39,623 nucleotides of DNA from an uncultured Actinomycetes bacterium (GTDB lineage: Bacteria > Actinomycetota > Actinomycetes > Nanopelagicales > Nanopelagicaceae). The notes under the pieces were generated by a model. It searched no databases, had not been told where the DNA came from, and was given only the letters and a program-made list of their open reading frames with translations. This document shows positions 1-8,417 of the stretch, piece after piece. How positions within the stretch are numbered: the stretch's first letter is position 1; the number at the start of each line of letters is the position of its first letter. The stretch covers positions 1 through 39,623 of the forward strand of contig CAIUBS010000091.1 of assembly GCA_903897475.1 (NCBI GenBank). The letters are read 5' to 3'. Made by a program: the position numbers and the translations under genes.

Positions 1-615
1 TAGATCTGCACCCATCGTTCTCATCATTTTAATTTCTGCTGGAGTTTCATAGGAAGGCCCGCGCCAATGAACATAAACACCTTCAGCAAGCGAAGAATCT
101 TCAGCTTTCACTAAATTCCGCAGCCTTTTACTATATAAATCAGTAAGATCCACAAAATCTGCACCAATTAGTGGAGAAGCAGCTGTCAGTGAAATATGAT
201 CTTTAATAATTATCGGTTGGCCAACTTTATATTCTGTATTTATTCCACCACAAGCATTTGTTAAAACTATGGTGCGGCAACCAGCTTTCACTGCAGTTCG
301 TACAGCATGAGCAACAGGTTCCATACCTAAACCTTCATAGAAATGAGTCCTACCTAAAAAAACCAGAGCATTGACATCATTGTCTAAATTGTAGGAACGG
401 ACTTTGCCACCATGACCTGAAACAGTTGGTTCAGGAAAACCTGGTAAATCTGTTACTGCAAATTCATGAGTTGGCATACCAAGTGCTTCAGCTGCTGAAA
501 TCCAGCCTGACCCCATTACAAGGGCGACATCATGCTTTTCTTTTTTAGTTAGTTTTTTAATTTTTTTAGCAGCTTTTTCAGCAGTCCCAATAGGATCTTT
601 ATAGAGTTTACTCAT
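1..615 (-). CDS. punA: Purine-nucleoside phosphorylase (trimeric type), 3' end truncated by window edge
   Basis: Not in ORF track. Manual translation from ATG at 615 gives MSKLYKDPIGTAEKAAKKIKKLTKKEKHDVALVMGSGW...VSGHGG...FLGRTHFYEG...LTNACGG...IKDHISLT...GPSYETPAE, typical PNP motifs. Confidence 0.93.
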   Translation of the reverse strand, partial: MSKLYKDPIGTAEKAAKKIKKLTKKEKHDVALVMGSGWISAAEALGMPTHEFAVTDLPGFPEPTVSGHGGKVRSYNLDNDVNALVFLGRTHFYEGLGMEPVAHAVRTAVKAGCRTIVLTNACGGINTEYKVGQPIIIKDHISLTAASPLIGADFVDLTDLYSKRLRNLVKAEDSSLAEGVYVHWRGPSYETPAEIKMMRTMGADL

Positions 616-634
616 AAGAGAAACTTATCGTAAA

Positions 635-1234
635 TCAATTATTTTTAATATCAAGCCAGCTATATCCAAGTGATATAACCATATTTCGAAGTAAAGGTAG
701 TGATAAGCCAATAATCCCGCTTGGATCACCTTCGATGCTACTAATAAATGGTGCGCTTAATCCATCTAAAGTAAAACCCCCTGCAACATTTAATGGTTCA
801 CCAGAATCTACATAATCAACAATTTCAGCATCAGTTATTTCTGCGAACTGAACTTTGGCCGTTGACAGTTTAAATATTTCCCTTCCCTGCTTTGTATCAA
901 TAATGCAATGACCGGTATGAAGGTATCCAAAGTTTCCACTAATTGCCTTACTGCGTTCAATAGCAGTTTCGCGGTTAAGCGGTTTTCCTAACGGCTTACC
1001 ATTAAATTCAAATGTAGAGTCACAACCTATTATTAATGAGTTTATGGGGGCTAAACCTCTAACAGCATTAGCCTTTAAGCCCGCTAATTTGATTACTAGC
1101 TCAGTGGCAGACAGAGAATCAAATTCAGGCGCCTCCTCATCTACTCCACTAACTAATACTGTGGGATTTACGCCAGCACTTTTTAGAAGCATTAATCTTG
1201 AAGGTGATGCAGAGGCAAGAATAATTTGAACCAT
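635..1234 (-). CDS. maf: Maf family nucleoside triphosphate pyrophosphatase
   Basis: IILASASPSR, GCDS, LGKP, AGGFTLDG, GLSL motifs. Start moved to ATG 1234 because the motif begins there and the longer ORF overlaps the divergent gene. Confidence 0.92.
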   Translation of the reverse strand: MVQIILASASPSRLMLLKSAGVNPTVLVSGVDEEAPEFDSLSATELVIKLAGLKANAVRGLAPINSLIIGCDSTFEFNGKPLGKPLNRETAIERSKAISGNFGYLHTGHCIIDTKQGREIFKLSTAKVQFAEITDAEIVDYVDSGEPLNVAGGFTLDGLSAPFISSIEGDPSGIIGLSLPLLRNMVISLGYSWLDIKNN

Positions 1235-1239
1235 AATAA

Positions 1240-1249
1240 AGGGTAACCT
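1240..1249. promoter_or_regulatory. Overlapping divergent -10 elements for leaderless maf and PurK-like gene
   Basis: Minus TACCCT (1240-1245) lies 5 nt before the maf ATG; plus TAACCT (1244-1249) lies 6 nt before ATG 1256; intergenic gap is 21 bp. Confidence 0.6.
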
Positions 1250-1255
1250 TATTAC

Positions 1256-2077
1256 ATGACATTCCCAATTATCGGCATAATCGCAGATGAAATTGTTAGA
1301 ACTAGTTTTACTCAAAATGCAGATCAATTGGGTATTGGTATTAATTTCATTCCAAAAGAGACCACTACCGAGAAGATTATAGAGTTAGGCAAAAATTGTG
1401 ATTTCTTATGCGTTGACCCAACATGTGTACCGACATCATCATTAAGATCTATCGAAAAATCTGGTACCTTAATTTATCCACTGATATCTACAATTGAATC
1501 TTTAGAAAAGATTGAAAAGCATGAAACTAGTGAACAGACTCTTTCAATTCTTGTGACAAGATCTCCACATGCTCAAATTTCAACTTGGCCAATAACACTA
1601 ATTACAGATAATTTATCAATTACTCCAGCGCCCGCAATCAGTGAAGAACAAGCCTCCGAGATTCAACTAGCAGCTATAAAATTAGTAAGTGAAATTCGAT
1701 TGATAGGTGGAGTTGAATTAATTGTAGATGCCAATGACTTTAGAAAATTGATTTCGATCAACTGGACTAATCCAAGTTCGGGTTATGCCTTTGATCTTGG
1801 CTCAACTACAAACTATTTTGAGCAATATTTACGATCTGTTTTAGATCTTCCATTAGGAGATACACATAACTTAAATTCATTTATTGTTTCTGGTAATTTA
1901 AACACAGACCCAAAAAGCGACGACTATCGCCCTTATTTACACTTAATGGCTCGAAACCCAAAGTTAAAATTTAATCAATCTATAAAAAAAGTTGGAATTA
2001 TTGGAAATAACTTAGATTACTTACTTACTGAAATAATTCATGCACAACAATATTACAGTGGTGAAATAGAGGAGTAA
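1256..2077 (+). CDS. Degenerate PurK-like (N5-CAIR synthetase/ATP-grasp) protein, probably catalytically inactive
   Basis: Recognisable actinobacterial PurK segments (MTFPIIG, CDFL..D...VP, RSPHAQ, TPAP, RSVLDLPLGD, YLHLMARNPKLK) but no GGGQL, GYDGKG or E..RPHNSGH; 273 aa versus roughly 380 aa typical. Confidence 0.8.
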   Translation: MTFPIIGIIADEIVRTSFTQNADQLGIGINFIPKETTTEKIIELGKNCDFLCVDPTCVPTSSLRSIEKSGTLIYPLISTIESLEKIEKHETSEQTLSILVTRSPHAQISTWPITLITDNLSITPAPAISEEQASEIQLAAIKLVSEIRLIGGVELIVDANDFRKLISINWTNPSSGYAFDLGSTTNYFEQYLRSVLDLPLGDTHNLNSFIVSGNLNTDPKSDDYRPYLHLMARNPKLKFNQSIKKVGIIGNNLDYLLTEIIHAQQYYSGEIEE

Positions 2078-2467
2078 TTACTTCTTACCATATTCAATCG
2101 CTGGACATTTATTCATCGCAGTCAATAAACCAGCTTTTTTCGCACGCAAAATTGCAGCTTCATCAATCACATCTAGTTGAAGCCAAACGCCCTTAGCGCC
2201 CATAGATATGGCTTCATCAACAACGGGTCCGGCTAATTGAGAATTCACAAAGATATCAACCACATCTATTGGAACTTGAATCTCTGAAAGTTTTGAATAG
2301 CCCTTTTGGCCATGGACTATCTCTGCTTTTGGGTGCACAGGAATAACTGTGTGACCCTTTTCAATTAAGACCTTTGCAACCTTATAGGCGGCTCTTTCGG
2401 AATTGTTACTTAATCCAACAATGGCCCAGGTTTTCAATTCCAATAATCCTGCTATGTCTTTATCCAA
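2078..2467 (-). CDS. CoA-binding protein (YccU-like)
   Basis: WAIVGLS, VIPVHP, IDVVDIF, GVWLQL, NKCPAIE motifs; TTG start at 2467 after GGAG and overlapping the ugd stop. Confidence 0.88.
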   Translation of the reverse strand: MDKDIAGLLELKTWAIVGLSNNSERAAYKVAKVLIEKGHTVIPVHPKAEIVHGQKGYSKLSEIQVPIDVVDIFVNSQLAGPVVDEAISMGAKGVWLQLDVIDEAAILRAKKAGLLTAMNKCPAIEYGKK

Positions 2468-3776
2468 CTTGACTCCTACCAAGAGCACGAAACTTCCAGC
2501 CAGCTTTAAGCCATAATTCGCGATCTAGTGCATTTCTTCCATCAATCATGATTGCATCTTTAACTAATGCCTTTACTTTACTTGGATCAATTTCTCTGTA
2601 AATTTTCCATTCGGTTAAGTGCAGAACAATATTAGAATTTTTCAGAGTTTCATTTATATCTTCAGCAAAACTTAGAGCAGGAAATCTTTTTTGCGCATTT
2701 GTAATAGCTTTTGGATCATGGACAGTAACCATCGCTCCAGCAGCCTGAATTTGAGCTGCAATATCCAGTGCTGGTGAATCGCGGACATCATCGCTATCTG
2801 GTTTAAAAGCAGCTCCTAGAATTGCTACCTTTTTACCCATAAGTTCATTTGATAAGTCACTCCGCACTAACTCAATAATTCTTTGTCTAGCACGTAGATT
2901 TATAGAGTCAATCTCCTCTAGAAATTTAACAGCCTGCTGAGCACCTAACTCCTCAGCACGTGCCATGAACGCACGAATATCTTTAGGTAAACATCCGCCA
3001 CCGAATCCAATACCTGCTTGCAAAAATCTACTTCCAATTCGCGGGTCATAACCAATAGCCTTAGCTAGAACTGTTACATCTCCGCCTGCAGCCTCACAAA
3101 CTTCAGCCATTGCGTTAATAAATGAAATTTTTGTTGCAAGGAAGGAATTTGCAGCGACTTTAACTAATTCAGAAGTTGGGAGATCTGCTCTGACCCAAGG
3201 TGTGCCTTCCTTTAAATTTGTGGCATAAACTTCTTTAAGTATTAGTTCAGCTTGATCATTGACAACACCTACAACTAATCTATTTGGTTTAAGGGTATCT
3301 TCTACAGCAAAACCTTCGCGTAAAAATTCAGGATTCCAAGCTAAATCTGCTTTAGGATTTAATTCCAGTAATCTGTTTCTTAATCTTGCAGCAGTTCCTA
3401 CTGGAACCGTTGATTTACCAACTACGAGGCCACCAGATTTAACTACTTTTGCAATAGATTCAAGTGCTGAATTTACAAAAGTTAAGTCTGCTGCGATACC
3501 TCCTTTTACTTGCGGTGTTCCTACACAAATAAAATGCACATCACTATCTGAAAGATCGTTTATATTATTGGTAAATGTTAACCTTCCAGATTTTATTTGT
3601 TTGGCAAGTAACTCCTCTAGATCTGGCTCGTAGAATGGAACCTTTCCTTTACTGAGTAAATCTATTTTGCTTTGCTCTGTATCAAAGCCAATAACCTCAA
3701 ATCCCATACTTGCCATACAAGCAGCATGAGTAGCTCCTAGGTAGCCAGTACCAATAACAGAGAGTTTTAGCGTCAT
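2460..3776 (-). CDS. ugd: UDP-glucose/GDP-mannose 6-dehydrogenase
   Basis: GTGYLG Rossmann motif, FICVGTP, KSTVPVGT, NPEFLREG, GFGGGCLPKD with catalytic Cys, FKPDSDDVRDS. Confidence 0.95.
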   Translation of the reverse strand: MTLKLSVIGTGYLGATHAACMASMGFEVIGFDTEQSKIDLLSKGKVPFYEPDLEELLAKQIKSGRLTFTNNINDLSDSDVHFICVGTPQVKGGIAADLTFVNSALESIAKVVKSGGLVVGKSTVPVGTAARLRNRLLELNPKADLAWNPEFLREGFAVEDTLKPNRLVVGVVNDQAELILKEVYATNLKEGTPWVRADLPTSELVKVAANSFLATKISFINAMAEVCEAAGGDVTVLAKAIGYDPRIGSRFLQAGIGFGGGCLPKDIRAFMARAEELGAQQAVKFLEEIDSINLRARQRIIELVRSDLSNELMGKKVAILGAAFKPDSDDVRDSPALDIAAQIQAAGAMVTVHDPKAITNAQKRFPALSFAEDINETLKNSNIVLHLTEWKIYREIDPSKVKALVKDAIMIDGRNALDRELWLKAGWKFRALGRSQVG

Positions 3777-3793
3777 GTATAAAGCCTATCTAA

Positions 3794-4894
3794 TTACCTA
3801 CAGATATTATCTTCTGCAGTACGGGTTTTAAATTTATCAATTATTTTAGGCTTTTCTGCTTTTGTTGCAGATGGCGAAGGTGATGGGGTTACTTCATCAA
3901 CAACTGCACGATCCTCACGTAATCTGTCCCAAAGTTGTGGAGCTAACACTGGATCCCAAAGTACAGATGCTGTAACTCCATTTGCATAATAATTTAAATC
4001 AGAAAGTGGTACGGTCAAAGTCCTTACATTGGATGCCGAGAGAGATTTTAGCTGTTTAGCAAGAACTATTAACTCAGAGCTATTTAATCCAGAATCAGTT
4101 GTAACTGCTGATAAAGCTGAGTTTATAAAACTTGTCATCGTCACAGGGTTTAGAAGCACACCAAGGCTTGTGGCTTTTTTTACGACCGAGGACATAAAGG
4201 CTTGCTGTCGCTGCATTCTTCCTATGTCACCAAGGCCATCAAACTCTCTAGTCCTAACATATTTAAGAGCCTCAATTCCATTCAAAGTGTGAACACCGGC
4301 TGGTAAGACTAAGTGACTTTTTGGATCATCAATATCTCGTTTTGTACATACTTCAATTCCACCTAGCGAATCAACCATGCGTGCAAATCCAACAAAATTA
4401 ATTTCTACATAGTGATCTATCTTCAAATTAGTCATTTGTTCAAGAGTTTGAATTAGTAGAGGAGCACCACCCCAATTAAATGAAGAATTAATTTTTGAAT
4501 GAGCCGCAGGTATATCTTTTCCGGCACTATTTTTGTGAGCTGGTATTAGCGCATACGAGTCTCGAGGAATTGAAATAATCACAGCTTTATCTCGCGACTT
4601 TGAAACATGAACTAACAACATGGTATCTGAACGTTTTCCAGCCGCAGTTTTTACAGAACCAACTCGCAACTCTTTTTGCTCAGCTCTAGTTAAACCCTCT
4701 CGTGTGTCAGATCCAACAATTAAATAGTTAATCGCCGAAGACTTCTTTTCTGGTCGTTTATCTATTCCAGCGAATGCATCAATCTTCTCAATAGAGGCAG
4801 TTACCGTTGTAAAAGCAAGTGCACTAACGGCAGATATGGTAAGTATGCCTATAGAAATACCAGTAAAGATCCTGACACTTCGAGCAGATTTCAT
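3794..4894 (-). CDS. LCP (LytR-CpsA-Psr) family cell-wall glycopolymer phosphotransferase
   Basis: N-terminal TM segment, LIVGSDTR, RSDTMLL, SIPRDS, KINSSF, ALKYVRTR, DIGRMQRQQ. Confidence 0.95.
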   Translation of the reverse strand: MKSARSVRIFTGISIGILTISAVSALAFTTVTASIEKIDAFAGIDKRPEKKSSAINYLIVGSDTREGLTRAEQKELRVGSVKTAAGKRSDTMLLVHVSKSRDKAVIISIPRDSYALIPAHKNSAGKDIPAAHSKINSSFNWGGAPLLIQTLEQMTNLKIDHYVEINFVGFARMVDSLGGIEVCTKRDIDDPKSHLVLPAGVHTLNGIEALKYVRTREFDGLGDIGRMQRQQAFMSSVVKKATSLGVLLNPVTMTSFINSALSAVTTDSGLNSSELIVLAKQLKSLSASNVRTLTVPLSDLNYYANGVTASVLWDPVLAPQLWDRLREDRAVVDEVTPSPSPSATKAEKPKIIDKFKTRTAEDNICR

Positions 4895-4954
4895 CTTCTT
4901 ATCCTAGATTATGGGCAGGGAATAATTGCTATAAAAATAGTGAATGGGGGAATT

Positions 4955-5929
4955 ATGATGGATTCATCACAGCCATCAGTCTCAGTAATCCTGCCAATCC
5001 TTAATGAAGAGCAAAATTTAAGCGATTGTATTTCTGCAATTCTTAATCAAGAATATTCTGGCGAACTAGAGATAATTTTGGCACTTGGCCCCTCAAAGGA
5101 TAAAACTTCTGAAATAGCAGAAAATCTTGCTAAAAAAGATAATCGAATAAAATTAGTAAAGAATCCTACCGGTCAAACTGCAGTCGGATTGAATTTAGCA
5201 ATTGAAAAATCCCGTTTTGGAATTATTTGTAGAATTGATGGACACTCTGAAATACAGCCAACATACATAAAAACTGCAGTTGAAATAATGCAGCAGCAAA
5301 AAGCCGTAAATGTTGGTGGCTTAATGTATGCCGATAGTCCAAGAGGTTTGCAGAGAGTAATTGCACTAGCAATGCGATCTAAATTAGGAGTTGGCCCGTC
5401 AAAGTTTCATACGGGAGGATTAGCTGGAGAATCAGACACAGTTTACTTAGGAACATTTAGTAAAGCTGAACTAATTGCTGCAGGTGGTTTTGATGAGCGT
5501 TATATTCGAGCACAGGATTGGGAACTAAATTATAGATTACGTAAAAATGGTGGCTTAGTTTGGTTTGACCCTAGATTAGTAGTTACATACCGACCTAGAA
5601 AATCAATTATCAAATTAGCTAAACAGTATTTTCAATACGGCAGATGGCGCAGAGCTGTTTCAAGGCAGCATAGAGATACTGTAAATTTCAGATACCTTGC
5701 TCCACCATTTACAGTTTTAGCAAGTTTTTTATCAATAGTGCTTTCAATCCTTAACCCCTTATTTATCTTTCCATTTATATTTTATTTAAGTTTAATTATT
5801 TTTGGCAGTTTAATTGTAGGAAAAAGATTGTATGAAAAACTCTTATTACCTACTGTCTTTTTTGTTATGCATTTTTCTTGGGGATTTGGTTTTTTAACAT
5901 CACCTAAAAAATTGTTAAAAATTAATTAG
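4955..5929 (+). CDS. Glycosyltransferase family 2 (ExoA-like) with C-terminal TM segments
   Basis: VSVILPILNEE, RIDGH (DxH), AQDWELNYR, QYFQYGRWR; start ATG 4955 or 4958 after GGGGGA. Confidence 0.9.
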   Translation: MMDSSQPSVSVILPILNEEQNLSDCISAILNQEYSGELEIILALGPSKDKTSEIAENLAKKDNRIKLVKNPTGQTAVGLNLAIEKSRFGIICRIDGHSEIQPTYIKTAVEIMQQQKAVNVGGLMYADSPRGLQRVIALAMRSKLGVGPSKFHTGGLAGESDTVYLGTFSKAELIAAGGFDERYIRAQDWELNYRLRKNGGLVWFDPRLVVTYRPRKSIIKLAKQYFQYGRWRRAVSRQHRDTVNFRYLAPPFTVLASFLSIVLSILNPLFIFPFIFYLSLIIFGSLIVGKRLYEKLLLPTVFFVMHFSWGFGFLTSPKKLLKIN

Positions 5930-6854
5930 TATGCAGAATAGAATTTAAGCCACCCCAGCTACCTGTTTTTGGCAGAGCCTCCAAAACACCAGTCTGTGAA
6001 TTTCTTCTAAAAAGTAAGTTATTGGCTTTATTTAGCTCTTTGGCTTTTACTATTTTCCCATCAGGTAAAGCTATTTTTGAACCGGCTGTTATATAAACTC
6101 CTGCTTCAACAATACAATCATCGCCGAGACTTATTCCTATTCCTGAGTTGGCGCCAAGCAAAGTTCTTTGACCTATTGAAATAATCTCCTTACCGCCACC
6201 ACTTAATGTGCCCATAATTGAAGCACCACCACCAATATCACTTCCATCACCGACAACTACACCTGCGCTAATTCTTCCTTCAACCATGGACTTACCGAGG
6301 GTTCCAGCATTGAAATTTACAAATCCTTCGTGCATTACAGTTGTACCAGAGGATAGATATGCACCTAGTCGTACTCGATCACCATCGGCAATTCTTACTC
6401 CGTCTGGAATAACATAATCAATCATTCTTGGGAATTTATCTACAGAGTAAACCACTAAATTGCCTAGTTTATTTTGTAACTGTAAGCGAACTTGAGAAAA
6501 ATTTTCAACATCACAAGGCCCTGCAGATGTCCAAACTACATTGAGTAGAAGGCCGAATATACCCTCTAGGTTTATTTCGTTGGGTCTAACTAAGCGATGT
6601 GAAAGTAAATGTAATCTTAGGTAGATATCTATTGCATCCTTAGGTTTATCCTGGAGATTAATACTTACTTCTACTGAAATCTTCTTAACTTTGCGAATGT
6701 CATCATCACCAAGTTGTGCTGTTATCTCTTTGCTAATTTGGTTTTTAGGTGCACTTCCAATTCCGAGAGAGTAATAAGAGCAATCTAGAGTTTGACCAGA
6801 GCTGTTCTGTGTTGCAACTCCAAAGCCATAAGCGGAGATTTGATCGTTACCCAT
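5922..6854 (-). CDS. dapD: 2,3,4,5-tetrahydropyridine-2,6-dicarboxylate N-succinyltransferase (actinobacterial type)
   Basis: YLRLHLLSHRLV, VDKFPRMIDYV, TVMHEGFVNFNAGTLG, MVEGRIS, GTLSGGG. Confidence 0.96.
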   Translation of the reverse strand: MGNDQISAYGFGVATQNSSGQTLDCSYYSLGIGSAPKNQISKEITAQLGDDDIRKVKKISVEVSINLQDKPKDAIDIYLRLHLLSHRLVRPNEINLEGIFGLLLNVVWTSAGPCDVENFSQVRLQLQNKLGNLVVYSVDKFPRMIDYVIPDGVRIADGDRVRLGAYLSSGTTVMHEGFVNFNAGTLGKSMVEGRISAGVVVGDGSDIGGGASIMGTLSGGGKEIISIGQRTLLGANSGIGISLGDDCIVEAGVYITAGSKIALPDGKIVKAKELNKANNLLFRRNSQTGVLEALPKTGSWGGLNSILHTN

Positions 6855-6860
6855 TACCCA

Positions 6861-6892
6861 AAGGTATCAAAATGTCACTAAGGTAATAGACT
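6861..6892. promoter_or_regulatory. Divergent leaderless -10 elements for dapD and the LOG gene
   Basis: Minus TACCTT (6861-6866) and plus TAGACT (6887-6892), each exactly 6 nt from its ATG. Confidence 0.6.
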
Positions 6893-6898
6893 AATTTC

Positions 6899-7432
6899 AT
6901 GCGCGTATCTGTTTTCTGCTCATCTGCACCAAATATCCCTACAACTTCACTTAATTTAGCTTTTGATATCGGTAAAGCAATTGGTGAGCAAGGCTGGGAA
7001 CTAGTTTGGGGTGGTGGTAAGGCATCAATGATGGGTGAGGTTGCAAAAGGTGCAAGATCTGTCGGAGCTAAAACTATTGGAGTAATTCCTGAACCTTTAA
7101 TTAATCTAGAATTTGAAGATAAAGATGCTACTCATATGCATGTGGTCAAAAATATGCGAGATCGTAAAGCAAAGATTGAAGATTTATCAGATGCTTTTAT
7201 TGCCTTGCCTGGAGGAATTGGAACACTTGAAGAGTTTTTTGAAATTTGGGTAGGAAGTTATTTGAATTTTCACAAAAAACCAATTGCAATTTGTGATCCT
7301 CACGGAGTTTATGATCCACTACGTGATGCCTTAGATCACCTAGCTCAACATAATTTTATGAAAACTGGGCAGGCAGAATTAGTAACTTGGTGTAAAGATA
7401 TTGATTCTACGTTAGCGGCTATAAGAAAATGA
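6899..7432 (+). CDS. LOG family (TIGR00730-like) nucleotide phosphoribohydrolase
   Basis: VSVFCSS, LVWGGG, MRDRK, PGGIGTLEE signature. Confidence 0.92.
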   Translation: MRVSVFCSSAPNIPTTSLNLAFDIGKAIGEQGWELVWGGGKASMMGEVAKGARSVGAKTIGVIPEPLINLEFEDKDATHMHVVKNMRDRKAKIEDLSDAFIALPGGIGTLEEFFEIWVGSYLNFHKKPIAICDPHGVYDPLRDALDHLAQHNFMKTGQAELVTWCKDIDSTLAAIRK

Positions 7433-7890
7433 ATAAACTTTCACACCTTGAGTTAAATATAAAGATTGATAGACCTGTTAAGACAGTATGGGATTGTCTT
7501 GTGGATTGGAAAAGTCAAGGCGATTGGATGTTACAAACTAAAGTTTGGTCAGAATTAGATCAAGATCGAACTATAAAAAATGGTAAAGGGGTATTGATTT
7601 TTGCATTTACTGGATTATTCCCAAATTTGTATCCAAAGATTCGTCTTGGAATTTTGGACACCATGGAGATAACTAAATTTAAACCACCAGTACTTTGTGA
7701 AGTAGTCCATATTGGTCGGATAATTCGTGGAACTGGAAAATTTGAACTCAAGAAAAGTAAGAACGGAACTATATTTAATTGGCAAGAAGATCTAGTTGCT
7801 CACCCTGTATTTTTGCTGATAATGAAACCACTGTTATTAATCGGTGTATGGCTATCGTTACGTAGATTTGCTAGGCAACTAACACGTTAA
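7429..7890 (+). CDS. SRPBCC (START/polyketide cyclase-like) family protein
   Basis: I..P...VW..L.DW....WM pattern, D.M.IT...PP..C.V.H.G....G.G.F, C-terminal helix SLRRFA; ATGA overlap with LOG. Confidence 0.8.
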   Translation: MNKLSHLELNIKIDRPVKTVWDCLVDWKSQGDWMLQTKVWSELDQDRTIKNGKGVLIFAFTGLFPNLYPKIRLGILDTMEITKFKPPVLCEVVHIGRIIRGTGKFELKKSKNGTIFNWQEDLVAHPVFLLIMKPLLLIGVWLSLRRFARQLTR

Positions 7891-7927
7891 TTCAAATAGT
7901 TGCTGAGCTTGCGAGTAAACTTAATCC

Positions 7928-8137
7928 ATGAATTCAGGTAGTGGAAATAAGACTATTGCTGAGCTGATATCTGCCTTACCAGAAGAGGAAAGGCTAATTT
8001 TGACTTTACATTTAGTAAATCTGGTTTCTACCAGTGAAATAGCAAAGAAACTTGGTGTGCCTGAACGAGCAGTTATATCTGTTATCGCAAGTGGGAAATC
8101 GCGCCTAATTGGATTGATTTCTAAAGGGGATTTATAG
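7928..8137 (+). CDS. Stand-alone sigma-70 region 4 (ECF-like) helix-turn-helix mini-protein
   Basis: LISALPEEERLILTL...STSEIAKKLGVPERAV......GKSRL matches the sigma4 HTH pattern; own TAAACT-N6-ATG signal. Confidence 0.72.
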   Translation: MNSGSGNKTIAELISALPEEERLILTLHLVNLVSTSEIAKKLGVPERAVISVIASGKSRLIGLISKGDL

Positions 8138-8213
8138 GATTTCCCACAGGTGGGCTTATAAGGGATAATTACGCCTCTAGTCAGGACAGTTGAGTTTTGT
8201 AGGGGAGAATCAC

Positions 8214-8393
8214 ATGGCGGCAATGAAACCAAGAACTGGTGATGGCCCAATGGAGGTTACTAAGGAAGCTCGCTCAATGGTTATGCGAATCCCATTAGAA
8301 GGTGGCGGAAGATTAGTCGTTGAACTAAACATAGAAGAAGCAACAAATCTAGGAAACGTCCTACAAGCTGCTGTGGCATTAGTTAAAAAGTAA
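8214..8393 (+). CDS. DUF3117 family conserved actinobacterial small protein
   Basis: MAAMKPRTGDGPMEVTKE...MRIPLEGGGRLVVEL signature; SD AGGGGAG at 8201-8207. Confidence 0.92.
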   Translation: MAAMKPRTGDGPMEVTKEARSMVMRIPLEGGGRLVVELNIEEATNLGNVLQAAVALVKK

Positions 8394-8417
8394 ACCCTGG
8401 CTTAAATTATAAGGATT

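Noticed and set aside
535-580. Poly-T low-complexity tract
   Set aside because: Explained by Lys codons at the PunA N-terminus on the minus strand; frame intact
1235-1327. N-terminal extension of Maf in the ORF track
   Set aside because: Overlaps the divergent gene; Maf homology starts at ATG 1234
7921-8250. 109-aa minus-strand ORF
   Set aside because: Antisense to the sigma4-like and DUF3117 genes, which have recognisable motifs and initiation signals; no motif of its own
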